From Mobula hypostoma (lineage: Eukaryota), in the NCBI RefSeq assembly GCF_963921235.1, contig NC_086097.1, positions 159,342,001 through 159,406,000 on the forward strand: a stretch of 64,000 nucleotides of DNA, read 5' to 3'. This document shows, one piece after another, positions 23,710 to 35,754 of this stretch; the first letter of the stretch is position 1; every line of letters starts with the position of its first letter. Below the pieces are notes generated by a model that had not been told where the DNA came from, did no database searches, and saw only the letters and a list, made by a program, of their open reading frames with translations. The position numbers and the translations under genes were made by a program.

Positions 23710-25815
23710 TTAGAGTCATAGAACACTATAGAACAGAAACAGGCCCTTTGGCCCATCTAGTCCATGCTGAATCATTAATCTGCCTAGTCCCATCAATTTG
23801 CACCCAGACCACTGCCCTCCATTCCCCTCCTATCCATGTACCTATCCAAAATCCCCTTAGATGTTCAAATCAAACATGCATCCATAACTTGCGCTGGCAG
23901 CTTGTTCCACACTCTCGTCACCCTCCTGAGTGAAGAAGTTCCTCTTTGTGTTTCTCTTAAATATTTCACCTTTCACTCTTAACAAATAACCTCTAGTTGT
24001 AGTCCCACCCAACCTCAGTGAAAAAAAAGCTCTGCTTGCATTTACACTGTCTATACCTCACATAATTTTGTATACCTCTATCAAACCTCCCCTCAATCTT
24101 CCATCTTCGTGGGACTAAAATCCTAACCTATTTAACCTTTCCATATAACTAAGGTCCTCCAGTTCCGGCAACATCCTCACAAATTTTCTCTGCACTCTTT
24201 CAATCTTATTTACATCTTTCCTGTAGATAGGTGACCAAAACTGCACACAATTAGGCTTCACCATTGTGCTATGCAATTTCAACATTACATCCCAACTCCT
24301 GTATTCAATTTATTGATTTATGAAGGCCAATGTGTCAAAAACTTTTTTGAAGACTTTATCTACCTGTGATGACAATTGCTAGAAATTATAGATCTGTATT
24401 TCCAGATCCTTCTGTTCTACTGCTCTTGCCAGTGCCCTAAACACCCACTGTGTTAGACCTGTTCTGGATGGTCTTCCCAAATTGCAACACTTGTCTGCAT
24501 TAAATTCCATCTGCGACTTTCAGCCCATTTTCCCAGCTAGTCCAGATCCCATTGGAAAGTTTAATAGTTATCTTCACTGTCTACTACACCACCAAACTTG
24601 ATGTCATCCACAAATTTGCTGATCCAGTTTACCACATTATCTGCCAGATTGCTGATATAGATGACAAACAACAATAGAGCCATTACTGATCCCTGTGCCA
24701 CACCACTAGTCACAGGCCTCAGAATAGAGAGGCAACCATCTATTACCACTTTCTGGCTTCTCCCGCAAAGCGAATGTCTAATGCATTTTACTACCTTATC
24801 TTGAATGCCAAGCAACTGATCCTTCTTGACCAACCTCCCATGCGGATCATGTGAAACAACTTATTAAAGTACCTGTAGACAACATCCACTGTCTTGCTTT
24901 TATCAAGCTTCTTGGTAACTTCCCCGCAAAAACTCTATAAGATTGGTTAGACATGATGTTGACTATCCCTAATCAGTTCCTGTCTATCCAAATACTTATA
25001 TATGCGGTCCTTTAGAAAACCTTTCTATAATTTACCCACTACTGATGTCAGACTCATTGGCCAATCATTTCCAGGCTTATTTTTCGAGCCTTTCTTAAAC
25101 AATGAAACAATATTAGCTATTCTTCAATCATCTGTCACCACGCCAATGGTTAAGGATGTTTTAAATATTTCATCTGGGGTCCCTGCAGTTTCTGCACTTG
25201 CCTCCCACAGGTCTGAGGGAACACCTTGTCAGGCCCTGGGAATTTATCCACACTAATTTGCCTCAAGGCAGCAAACACCTCCTTCTCTGTCACCTGTCTT
25301 GGGTCCGTGACATTGCCGCCGCTTTGTCTCACTTGTATAGACTTTGTGTCTGTCTCCTGAGTACATACAGATGGAAAAAGAAAAAATTTCACTTTTGAAG
25401 GCCTTCCACTTACCAAGTACAACTTTGCCAGAAAACAACCTGTCCCAATCCATACTTGTCAGATCCTTTCTGATAGCACCAAAATTAGACTTCCTCCAAT
25501 TTAAAATCTCAACTTGAGGACCAGATCTATCCTTTTCCATAATTACCTTGAAACTAATGGCATTATGATCACTAAATGCAAAGTGTTCCCTTACAAAAAC
25601 TTCTGTAACCTGCCCTGCCTCATTTCCTAATAGGAGATCTAGTGTCAGACTCTCTCTAGTACTGATTAAGGAAACTTTCCTGATCACATTTGACAAATTC
25701 TTTCCCATCCAGCCCTTTTACAGTATGGGAGTCCTAGTCAATATGTGGAAAGTTAAAATCACCAACTGTCACAATCTTATGTTTCCTGCAACAGTCTGCA
25801 AGCTCTACAGATTTG
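23710..25815 (-). mobile_element. CR1 ORF2 fragment (endonuclease to 3' end) with internal deletions
   Basis: DFNFPHID, SDHNAISF, PVTSGVAQGSV and KFVDD motifs; (TTCTATAG)-type tail at about 23715. Confidence 0.9.
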
Positions 25816-26720
25816 TAGTGTGTTTGTAAGGAGTGAGATTGGGATTGGAGCGATTGGAGTGTGAATTCGAGATGGTTGATGTCTCATTGGCTGATCACAA
25901 TGAAATGATCAGAAGTAGGCAGAAGACCAGAACGGCTGTCCAGGAAGAGGAGGAGGGTTGAAAACAGGAGAAGGTGTCATTGGAGCATGCTGGAGAGTCC
26001 TTGCCAAAGAAATAGGCATGGAGGTGGAGCTGGCTGAAGAAGAGCTCAGCATCGTGGCGGGCATGGAACTCGCTGTATATCGGCAAGATCTGATGTAGAT
26101 TGGGAGACTGCTCCGCTGAGTACCTCTGCTCAATCCTCCAGAAAAAGCGGGATCTCTCTGCGGCCACCCATTTTAATTCAACTTCCCATTCACATTCCAA
26201 CATGTCAGTCCATGGCCTCATCAAACTGCCATGATGATTCCACATTCAGCTTGCAGGAGCAACACCTTATATTCTATCTGGGTAGCGTCCAATCTGATGG
26301 CATGAACATTGATTTCTTGAACTTCTGGTAATGCCCCCTCCCTCTCCTTCACCATTCCCTATTCCCATTTCCCTCTCTGACCTTATCTCCTTACCTGCCC
26401 ATCACCTCCCTCTGGTATTCCTCCGCCTTCCCTTTCTTCCAAAGACTTCTGTCCTCTCCTAACAGATTCCCGCCTTCTCCAGCCCTTTATCTCTTTGACA
26501 AATTGACTTCCCAAGCTCTTTACTTCACCCGCCCCCTCTTCCAGTTTCACCTATCATCTGCTGCCTTGTACTTATTCCTCACCCCACCTTCTTACTCTGA
26601 CTTCTTGTCTTTTTTACCTTCAGTCCTGATGAAGGGTCTCGGCCTGAAATGTTGACGGTTTACTCTTTTCCACAGATGCTGCCTGGCCTGCTGAGTTCCT
26701 GCAGCACTTTGTGTGTGTTA
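25816..26720 (+). mobile_element. Penelope-like element: GIY-YIG C-terminus and terminal repeat (+, 26074-26720) with an inverted N-terminal piece (-, about 25816-26073)
   Basis: Plus strand: YIGK...RLGDC.AEYL...ATHFNSTSHSH...LQEQHLIFYLGSVQSDGMNIDFLNFW*. Minus strand: EFHARHDAELFFSQLHLHAYFFGKD. Confidence 0.85.
26621..26658 (+). ncRNA. Minimal type I hammerhead ribozyme motif in a Penelope terminal repeat
   Basis: CAGTC-CTGATGA-A-GGGT(CTCG)GCCT-GAAA-T-GTT-GACGG. The CUGANGA and GAAA boxes are intact, stem II is present, and stem I (CAGTC/GACGG) has one mismatch. Confidence 0.7.
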
Positions 26721-26739
26721 CAACTTTCTCATTCCTCAA

Positions 26740-27520
26740 TTTTACCCATAAAGCCTCAATAGATGAGTTCTCCAGCTTGTTTTGTACTGCATGAGATCAT
26801 TTTACACAAAATCAATTATCTTGGCATTGTTAATACCAATTAAGTAGGTGTACTGTAAATCAATTGGAGAAATGAATGATGTGTGTTTTTGCAAATATAT
26901 TGTGTTGTCTTGGTTTCCACCTATATCCTAACAACCAGTTTCCTGAAATCAGAGACATGGTATTGGTGATGGCTTGGTCCCACTTTAATGTGTTATTGCT
27001 TAATTTTAATAATATAAATAACTCACTCTCCAACAGCAAAAACTATACACACTTTCCTTTGAAAAAAAACTGTTGTTAAATCTGTTAATACTTCAGTAAT
27101 CACTCTTTCCCAATGTGAATTTGCCACTCTGAGAAGCTTTGTTTGATAATGGTTTTGTCAGTGAATTGTATGCATTATTTATAAATCCTATCTGACTTTC
27201 TAAATAATCCTTCCATTCTATCTGATCTTCAAGTCGGCTAAATCATAATTGCTTCTGTTTAGTGAACTGTTCTACTTGGGTGGAACTTGGCTTTATTTAA
27301 GACCTAAACAATGGGATAATATAGAGGGTCACTTGGTACCTCAGGATAGTTATAATAAGACTGTAATTCTTCTTTGGCTTAGATTTTTAGCTTTAATTTA
27401 GACATCTGTTAAATATTCTATCCTTGACTTGATTCTCTGCCTATGAAGCTACTGCTGACTAGAATGCTTGTCATTAACATAGGAAGATCAGGAATTGTCT
27501 GCTTTGAGGATACATCTATT
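26740..27520 (+). pseudogene. Heavily eroded Harbinger transposase fossil (tentative)
   Basis: KSIGEMNDVCF, KYIVL, GFHL..QFPEI, LLGWNLALFKT*TM and SYNK occur in the order and approximate spacing of HARBI1-like motifs. Confidence 0.45.
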
Positions 27521-28089
27521 TGAAGGTTAATTAGCAAATGGATGGAAACACTTGTCTGATCTCGCAAGAGTGGAATTTAAATTGGCAAAGATGCGGTTTT
27601 CTGTGGAACAAAAACAAAATCAAGAATATCCTATGTTTAAGCGCCACTGCAATCATTCTCAGTGGTTAATGTCCAAACTAAAACATAATGTTTGAAAGCT
27701 GTAAAATGAAACTGAAGAATCAGGTTTTAAACTGTCATGAAGATCTGTTGCAAGTTTCAAGACTCCAATATTTTTGAACAGATTTGCTGAACAAAAGCTG
27801 CTAAGAATTGAAACACTTAATACATTTAAGACATCTTTCTGAATAGTTCTTTTGTTACCTGGTATTAATATATAGTCCACATAATTATGCCTTCAGACAT
27901 GGTTCAGTAATCTTCTCAGGCGACCACTTGAGAATCTGAATGAGGTTTATCCACTCCTATTCTAAAATGCCTGATGGGATAATCTGGCAAATGAAGATTG
28001 TGTTTCTGCTGGGGAAGGATTTATTCATCTCCAAATGCCTAGACCTAGGATTCAATGTCTCACTTTATCACTAGAAAACTTGACTTCCT

Positions 28090-28760
28090 GAACAACGGAT
28101 GACAATCAGGAAGGATAAGCAGAATCACCTTCATCTCAATTATCCTCAGTACTGCTGTCCCACAATTCTGCATCATCAGCTCCCTACTCTATTCCTGAAA
28201 CACTCAGGACTGGCCACATTCTGTACCAATTCCATCTACAAGTTTGCAGATGATACCACCATTGAGGGTTGTATATCAAATAATAACGAGTTGACGTATA
28301 GGATAGAGATAGAGAGCCTGGTGACAAGGTGTTATGACAATAATCTTTCCTTCAATGTCAAAACAACAAATGAGCTGGTTGGTGACTTCAGGAAGGGGCA
28401 GGGTACCCGCTCCTGTTTAGATCAACTGTCCAGAGGCTGAGAGGGTTGAAAGCTTCAAGTCATGAGGAGCGAACAATAATTGCCCATCCTGGTCCAACCA
28501 TGTTGACACCATGGGCAAACAAAAAGGTCACCAATGCCTCCACTTCCTTAGGAGGCTAAAGAAATTTGGTGTGGTCCCTTTGACCCACACCAGTTTTTAA
28601 TCAATGCACCATGGAACGCATCCTATTCAATTGCATTATGGCTTGATATGGCAACTGTCCTGCCCATGACTGCAAGAAATTGCAGAAGGAGTGGACAAAG
28701 CACGGAAACTAGCCTCTCCTCCATGGACTCTGTCTACCTTGTCTTGATAAAACCACAGCA
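28090..28760 (+). mobile_element. Rex1/Babar RT fragment
   Basis: NSIYKFADDTTIEGCISNNNE motif. Confidence 0.85.
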
Positions 28761-29107
28761 AGGGTACTAATCATTCTTCCAATGCTCACATCACAATCAT
28801 TTCCATTTATCTTTGTCCAGTAAAGATTTGAAAATTACTGAAATATTACCAAACCAAGAAATACTTCTGAATATGGCACGATCAGACTGAAGCGTCTTAA
28901 TATGTGGAGACAACTTTTTTTGGGCTCCTTCTGTTTGTATGGGTTAGTCAATAAACCTTTCAATAGAATGCAAAGGTCTCCAGAAACAATCCTCAGCACT
29001 GATATTCAAGTCCAAACACAACATTTTACATGATAATGAGGTAAAATGGTCCATTATAAGTAAAATATGATATGGAAGAGATTTCCACACCCTTTCTTAC
29101 CATTACT

Positions 29108-29400
29108 GTGCCACGGTAGCATGGTAGTTAGTGCGAGGCTATTACAGCTTTGGGCATTCCAGAGTTCGGAGTTCAATTCCGGCGCCTTTGGTCACAAATA
29201 TGCACGTCCTTCCTGTGGAAAGTGTGGGTTTTCCCCAGGTGCTCCTGTTTCCTCCTGCAGTCCAAAAGTGGACGTACCAGATTGGCTAATTAGTCGTTTG
29301 TCCTGTGATTAAAGTAGGGAAAATTGGGTTTGTCAGCAGTTGCTGGTGTGGTGTGGTTCCAAGGGCTGGAAGGGTCTATTGTGTGCTGTATCGCAAAGTA
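29108..29400 (+). mobile_element. V-SINE
   Basis: A box GGTAGCATGGTAG, B box GTTCAATTC, and V-domain GGGTTTTCCCCAGGTGCTCCTGTTTCCTCC. Confidence 0.8.
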
Positions 29401-29401
29401 A

Positions 29402-30513
29402 AGAATCAGAATCAGGTTTATTATCACCGGCATGTGATGTGAAATTTGTGAACTTAGCAGCAGCAGTTCAATGCAATACATAACATAGAAGAGAAAAATC
29501 AATCAATCAATCAATTACAGTATACATACATTGAATAGATTAAAAAATGTGCAAAAACCAGGAATACTGTATAATAAAAAATGTGAGGTAGTGTCCAAGG
29601 GTTCAACGTCCATTTAGGAATCGGATGGCAGAGGGGAAGAAGCTGTTCCTGAATCGCTGAGTGTGTGCTTTCAGGCTTCTGCACCTCCTGCCTGATGGCA
29701 ACAGTAAGAAAAGGGCATGCCCTGGGTGTTAGAGGTCTTTAATAATGGATGCTGCCTTTCTGAGACACCGCTCCCTAAAGGTGTCCCAGGTACTTTGTAG
29801 GCTAGTGCCCAAGATGGAGCTGACTAGATTTACAACCCTCTGCAGCTTCTTTTGGTCCTGTGCAGTAGCCCCTCCATACCAGACAGTGATGCAGCTTGTC
29901 AGAATGCTTTCCACAGTACAACTATAGAAGTTTTTGGGTGTATTTGTTGACATGCCAAATCTCTTCAAACTCCTAATGAAGTATAGCCACTGTCTTGCCT
30001 TCTTTATAACTACATCGATATGTTGGGACCAGGTTAGATCCTCAGAGATCTTGACACCCAGGAACTTGAAACTGCTCACTCTCTCCACTTCTGATCTCTC
30101 TATGAGGATTGTTATGTGTTTCATTGTCTTACCCTTCCTGAAGTCTGTAATCAGCTCTTTTGTCTTCCTGATGTTGAGTGCCAGGTTGTTGCTGCGGCAC
30201 CACTCCACTAGTTGGCATATCTCACTCTTGTACGCCCTCTCGTCACCACCTGAGATTCTGCCAACAATGGTTGTGTCATCAGCAAATTTATTAGATGGTA
30301 TTTGAGCTATGCCTAGTCACACCGTAATGGGTATATAGAGAGAAGAGCAGTGGGCTATGCACACACCCCTGAGGCGCACCAGTGTTGATTGTCAGCAAGG
30401 GGGATGTGTTATCACCAATACACACAGATTGTGGTCTTCCAGTTAGGAAGTCAAGGATCCAATTGCAAAGGGAGGTATAGAGGCCCAGGTTCTGCAACTT
30501 CTCAATCAGGATT
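29402..30513 (-). mobile_element. Rex1/Babar LINE (RT C-terminal half to tail)
   Basis: [15 protein letters not shown] and the 159-aa ORF 29729-30208; (GATTCT)n tail. Confidence 0.92.
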
Positions 30514-30529
30514 ATCAAGAAAAGAAATT

Positions 30530-31005
30530 TTACTGCAACCTCTGGTGTCCACATGATCTCTGTCTCAGATCAGACTGAAGTCAGAACAGCTTTCAAAAGC
30601 GTGAACCTTCACAAGGCTTTAAGCCCTGATGATATACCAGGTAGGGCACTGAAAACCTGTTCCAACTAATTAGAGACGCACAAGGACATCTTCAGTCTAT
30701 TACTGCTGCAGCTGGAGGTTCCCACCTGCTTCAGTCATGCCAGTGCCCAAGAAAATCAGAGTAAGCTGCTTCTGTGACTGTCACTCAGTTACACTCATAT
30801 CTACTGTGTTGGAGTACTTTGAGAGGTTGGTCATGGCCAGAACCAATTCCTACCTCAGCAAGGACCTGGACCTATTGGCAATTTGCCTATTGCCAGAATA
30901 AGACTACAGCAGATGCGGTTTCGGCCTTGAACTATCTGGGCAACTGCAGTAGCTACGTCAGACTGCTGTTTATTGATGACAGCTCAGCATTTAACACCTC
31001 ACCAT
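30530..31005 (+). mobile_element. Rex1/Babar RT N-terminal half
   Basis: [34 protein letters not shown] and [15 protein letters not shown]. Confidence 0.8.
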
Positions 31006-31339
31006 TGTGACTTAAAATATTAGTTATGTTTTTCTTCCCATACATGTGGCTTGGACTGCTGAGCACTTACAGCATTTTTCAAACTTATTCCAGCTTTTGA
31101 CAGGTATTTAGCATGCCTGTGTCCATTGGACAATGGCAGGAGTCGGTCTACAAAGATTCAAGCAGAAATTACAGTAATATACCAGTACATAAACACCACA
31201 TTAAACACTATTTTGCATGCCATTGGATTGCGTAGAGAAAGTTTTAAAGAAGCGAGTGGGGACAGTCAGCACATTTTGCTTCAGTTCCCAAGGAGGTATT
31301 AGATTGTGCTTAATTAGGACTAATAAAAAGAAGTTAGGT

Positions 31340-34300
31340 TGAAGCGGAGTGGCCACTGTGGGAGTTGCCTTTGTGTGAGTAGGCCAGTGCTGGAGTGGGG
31401 AGTTGAGGCTTTGGTGAGGAAAGGCATAAGATGTAGGTCGATTTTTTTTTCATTCTTTATTCTTTCTTTCTTTCTTATTGTACATTTAGGGCAGTAGAGA
31501 TGCCAGGCAGGATAGTTGAATGCTCCTTTTGCAGGATGTGGGAAGGCAGGGAAACCCTGACCACTACACCTGAAAAAAGTGCATTCAGCTGAAGCTTCTA
31601 ACAGACCATATTAAGGAGTTGGAGCAAGAACTGAATGAATCCGGATTATTTGGGGCAGCTGAGGGGTTGTTAGACAGGACATACAGGGAGGTAGTTACAC
31701 TCAAATTGCAAGATATAGGTAAATGGATGACCTTCAGTAGGGAAAATGGTGATAAGTAGCCAGCGCAGAGTACCCCTGTGGCTATTTCCTTCAACTACAA
31801 CTTTGGATACTGTTAGGAGGGATGACCTAGCAGAGGAAAGCCACAGCAGTCAGGTCTCTGCCAGTGAGTCTGGTCCAGTGGCTCAGAAAAGAAGGTATCG
31901 GACGGGGAGAAGAGGCAGGGGATTCATTGGTTAGGGGAATAGGACGGAGGTTCTTTGGATGAGAATGATATTCCCAGATTGCCTATTGACTCCTGGGTAT
32001 CAGGGTTGGCAACATCTTGGATCAAGTCCACAGCATTCTTAAGAGGAAGGATGAGCAACCAGTGGTCGAAGTTTCCATCAGTACCAATGGCATGGGTACG
32101 GTAGGTGACAAGGTCGTGCAAAGTGAGTTCAGGTAGTTAGGTGCTAAGTTAAAGGACAGAACCTCCAGGGTCATGATCTCAGGAATACTACTCATGCCAC
32201 TTGCTAGTGCAGCCAGAATTAGGAAGGTCATATAGTTTAACATGCGACTAAAGAGTTGGTGCAGGAGAGAGGGCTTCAAATTTTTGGATCATCTTCCAGG
32301 AAGGTAGGATCTGTACAGAAGGGATGGTTTTGGAGGGAGAACCAGAATATAGGGAGCCTAATATTCTAGTGAGGGGATCTGTAGTGCTGCATGGGAAGGG
32401 ATTAAACTGAAGTTGCAGAGAAATGGGATCCAGAGTGCCAGAATAGATAATGGAGTGGTTGTGGAGAAAGATGTTGATAAATCTACATACAAGATCAGGA
32501 AGCTAAAGGTTAAGCAAGGTGGGAATAATGCACTGAGCTGCATATGTTTCAATGCAATAAGTATTGTAGGAAAGGCAGCTGAACTTAGAGCATGGATTAG
32601 CACATGGAATTATGGCATGTAGCTTTTAGTAAGATTTGGTTGCAAGACTGGCAGCCCAGTGTTCTGGGGTTCTGTTGTTTTAGATGTGATAGAGTGGGAA
32701 AGATTCAAGGAGGCGTGATGGCATTGCTAGTCAGGGAAAATGTCACCCCATTCAGGACAGACTGGACAGCTTGTTTAGTGAGGCTTTATGGGTCGAACTG
32801 AGGAATAAGAAATGTATGACCATGTTAACGGGATTACATTATAGACCACCCAACAGCCTTGGGATTTAGAGGAGCAAATTTGTAAGCATATCAAGGCAGG
32901 TGACAGAAGTTTGTGTGGTGGAACACTTTGTATCTAATGATCAAAATGCCATTAGTTTCAAGGTAATTATGGAAAAAGATAGGTCTGGTCCTCAAGTTGT
33001 GATTCTAAATTGGAGAAAGACCAATTTTGATACTATCAGAAAGGATCTGGCAGATATGGACTGGAATTGGCTGTTTTCTGGCAAAAGTATACCTGGTAAA
33101 AGGAAGGACTTCAAAGTGACTTTTTTTTTGTATGAAGTACCTGTCAGAATAAAAGGCAATGGTAACAGGTGAATGAAACCTTGGTTTTCAAGAGTCCATA
33201 ATGAAGCAAAAGAAGGAGGTGAATAGCAGGTATCGTCGGGTAGGAACAAATGAGGTATAAGAAGTGAAAGAAAAAAACCTAATCAGGAAATCAGGAGGGC
33301 TACAGGAAGACCTGAGATCGCTCAAGTAGACAAGGTGGAGGAGAATCCTAGGGTCTCTACAGATATATTAAGAGCAAAGGGATAGCAAGGGACAAAATTG
33401 GTGCTCTGGAAAATCAGAATAGTTATCTATGTGTGGAGCTGTAAGAGGTGGGGTAAAATTTAAATGAATTGTTTTGCATCTGTATTTACTTGATCGATAG
33501 ATGGAGAAAATTTCCAAGGGTGTTTCTGGTTCTGCACTTCAGTTATAAGGGAAGATTGAATAGGTTAGGACTTTATTCCTTTGCATGTAAAAGATTGAGG
33601 GGAGATCTTATGGAGGTCTACAAAATTATGAAAGGTATAGATAGGGTAAGTGCAAGCAGGCTTTTTTTCACTGAGGTTGGGTGGGACTACAATGAGGTCA
33701 AGGGTTAAGGGTAAACTGTGAAAAGTTTAAGGGGAGACTTCTTCACTCAAAGTGTTGTAAGAGTATGAAATGAGCTGCCAATGCAAGTGATGATAGAGAG
33801 CTCACTTTTAAAATTTAAGAAAAGTTTTGATGGGTACATGGATGGCAGGACTATGGAGGACTATGGTCCAGGTGCAATTTGATAGGACTAGACAGTTAAA
33901 TGGTACAGCATGCACTAGACAGACTGAAGGGCCTGTTTCTGCACTGTGCATTTCGATGACTGTATGATTCTATGACAGACACTGAGTCTATAGATGAGAG
34001 GCAACGCTGCAGGGGAGAATCAGATCTATACAGATTAAAAAGGAATAGTGTTCACTGTCTTGTGGCAAATTAGGGTGGATAAATCGCCAGGGTCTGACAA
34101 GGTCTTCCCTCAGATTCTGTTGGAAGCTAGTACAGAAACTGTAGGGGATCTAGCAGAGATATTTTAAACATCCTGAGCCATGGGTAAGCTTCTGAAGAAT
34201 TGGAGGATAGCTAGTGTTGTACCCTTATTTAAGAAAGGTTCACAGAATAAGCCAGGAAATTACAGGCCAGTAAGCCTGACATCAGAAATGGGTAAGTTAC

Positions 34301-34505
34301 TGGAAGGTACTCTAAGGGACTAGATATATATTTGTATTTGGATAGTCAGGGACTGATTAGAGATAGTCAACATGGCTTTGTGTGTTTAAGTCATGTCTAA
34401 CCAGTCTTATAGAGGTTTTCAAGGAAGTTAGCAGGAAAGTTGATGAAGGCAAGCACTGGATATTGTCTACATGAACTTTAGCAAGGTCTTTGACAATGCC
34501 CCGCA
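31340..34505 (+). mobile_element. Older long CR1 (5' UTR, ORF1, endonuclease, RT start)
   Basis: ORF1 MPGRIVECSFCRMWE..KCIQL at 31499, an esterase remnant, CFNAISI, GNYRPVSLTS and NFSKVFD. Confidence 0.88.
33494..33976 (+). mobile_element. CR1 3' fragment nested inside the older CR1
   Basis: SYKGRLNRLGLYS...GDLMEVYKIM and tail TATGATTCTATGAC. The host sequence (SVFT|...DTES) resumes immediately after. Confidence 0.85.
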
Positions 34506-35212
34506 AATGCAGATATCAATAAATAGCAAGAAATAACGATAACATGAAATAACAAGATAAAGAGCCCTTAAAATGAGATCATTGGTTGTGGGAACATCTC
34601 AATGGGTGGGCAAGCGAATGTAGTTATTTCCTTTTGTTCAACAATCTGATAGTTGAGGTGTAGTAACTATTCCTGAACCTGGTGGTGCAAATCCTGAGGC
34701 TCCTGTACCTTTTACCTGATGGTAGCAGCAAGATGGCATCAGTTCCTTGGTCTTGCTGACATTGAGTGAGCCAAAGTTTCAATCTCTCTCCTGTATGCTG
34801 ACTCATCACCACCTTTGAAACGGCCCACACGGTGGAGTCATCAGCAATCTTGAGTATGATGTTGGAGCTGTGTTTAGCCACACAGTCATAGGTGTAAAAC
34901 GAGTAGAGCAGAAGGCTAAGCACAGATCCCTGTGGTGCACCTGTGCCGGTGGAAATCATGGAGGAGATGTTGTTGCCAATCCAAACTGACTGGGATCCAA
35001 GATCCAGGATCCAATTGCACAAGAAGGTATTGAGACCAAGGTTTTGGAGCTTATTGGTTAGTTTTGAGGGGGTATTGGCATTAAATGCTAAGCTGTAATC
35101 AATAAAGAGCATCCCAATGTATGCATCTTTGCTGTCCAGATGTTCCAGGGTTGTGTGAAAAGCCAATGAGATGGCATCTGCTGTGGATCTGTTGCTTCAG
35201 AAGGCAAATTGG
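34506..35212 (-). mobile_element. Rex1/Babar fragment with internal deletion
   Basis: [19 protein letters not shown] and KIADDST are joined directly to the C-terminal [10 protein letters not shown]. Confidence 0.85.
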
Positions 35213-35725
35213 TGCATGTCTGGTTTTGGTCACCTACTACAGGAAAGATGTAAATAAGATTGAAAGCATGCAGAAAAAATTTAGAAGGATGGTGCCTGGG
35301 CTTAAGGACCTCACTTACAGGGAAAAGTTGAAAAGGTTAAGAATGTAGAAGACTGAGGAAAGATTTGATAGAGGTATACAAAATTATGAGTGATATACTG
35401 TAGATAAGGTAAAAGCAAGCAGGCTTTTACTACTGAGGTTGAGTGAGACTGCAACTAGAGGTCATGGGTTTAGGGTAAAAGGAGAAATGTTTAAGGGGAA
35501 CATGAGGGCGAGCTTCTTCACTCAGAGGGTGGTGAGATTGTGGAATGAACTGCCAGTGCAAATGGTGGTTATGGTTTTGGTTTCAACATTTGAGAGAAAT
35601 TTGGATAGAGGGATATGGAGGTGTGCGGTCTGGGTGCAGGTCAATGAGACAGCAGATTAATGTTTTGGTACAAATTAGATGGGACAAAGACCTGTTTCTG
35701 TGCTGTAGTGTTCTATGTCACTATG
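35213..35725 (+). mobile_element. CR1 3' fragment
   Basis: YYRKDVNKIE and FFTQRVVRLWNELP. Confidence 0.85.
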
Positions 35726-35754
35726 ACCATTATACCCTCAATACTAATCATCAA

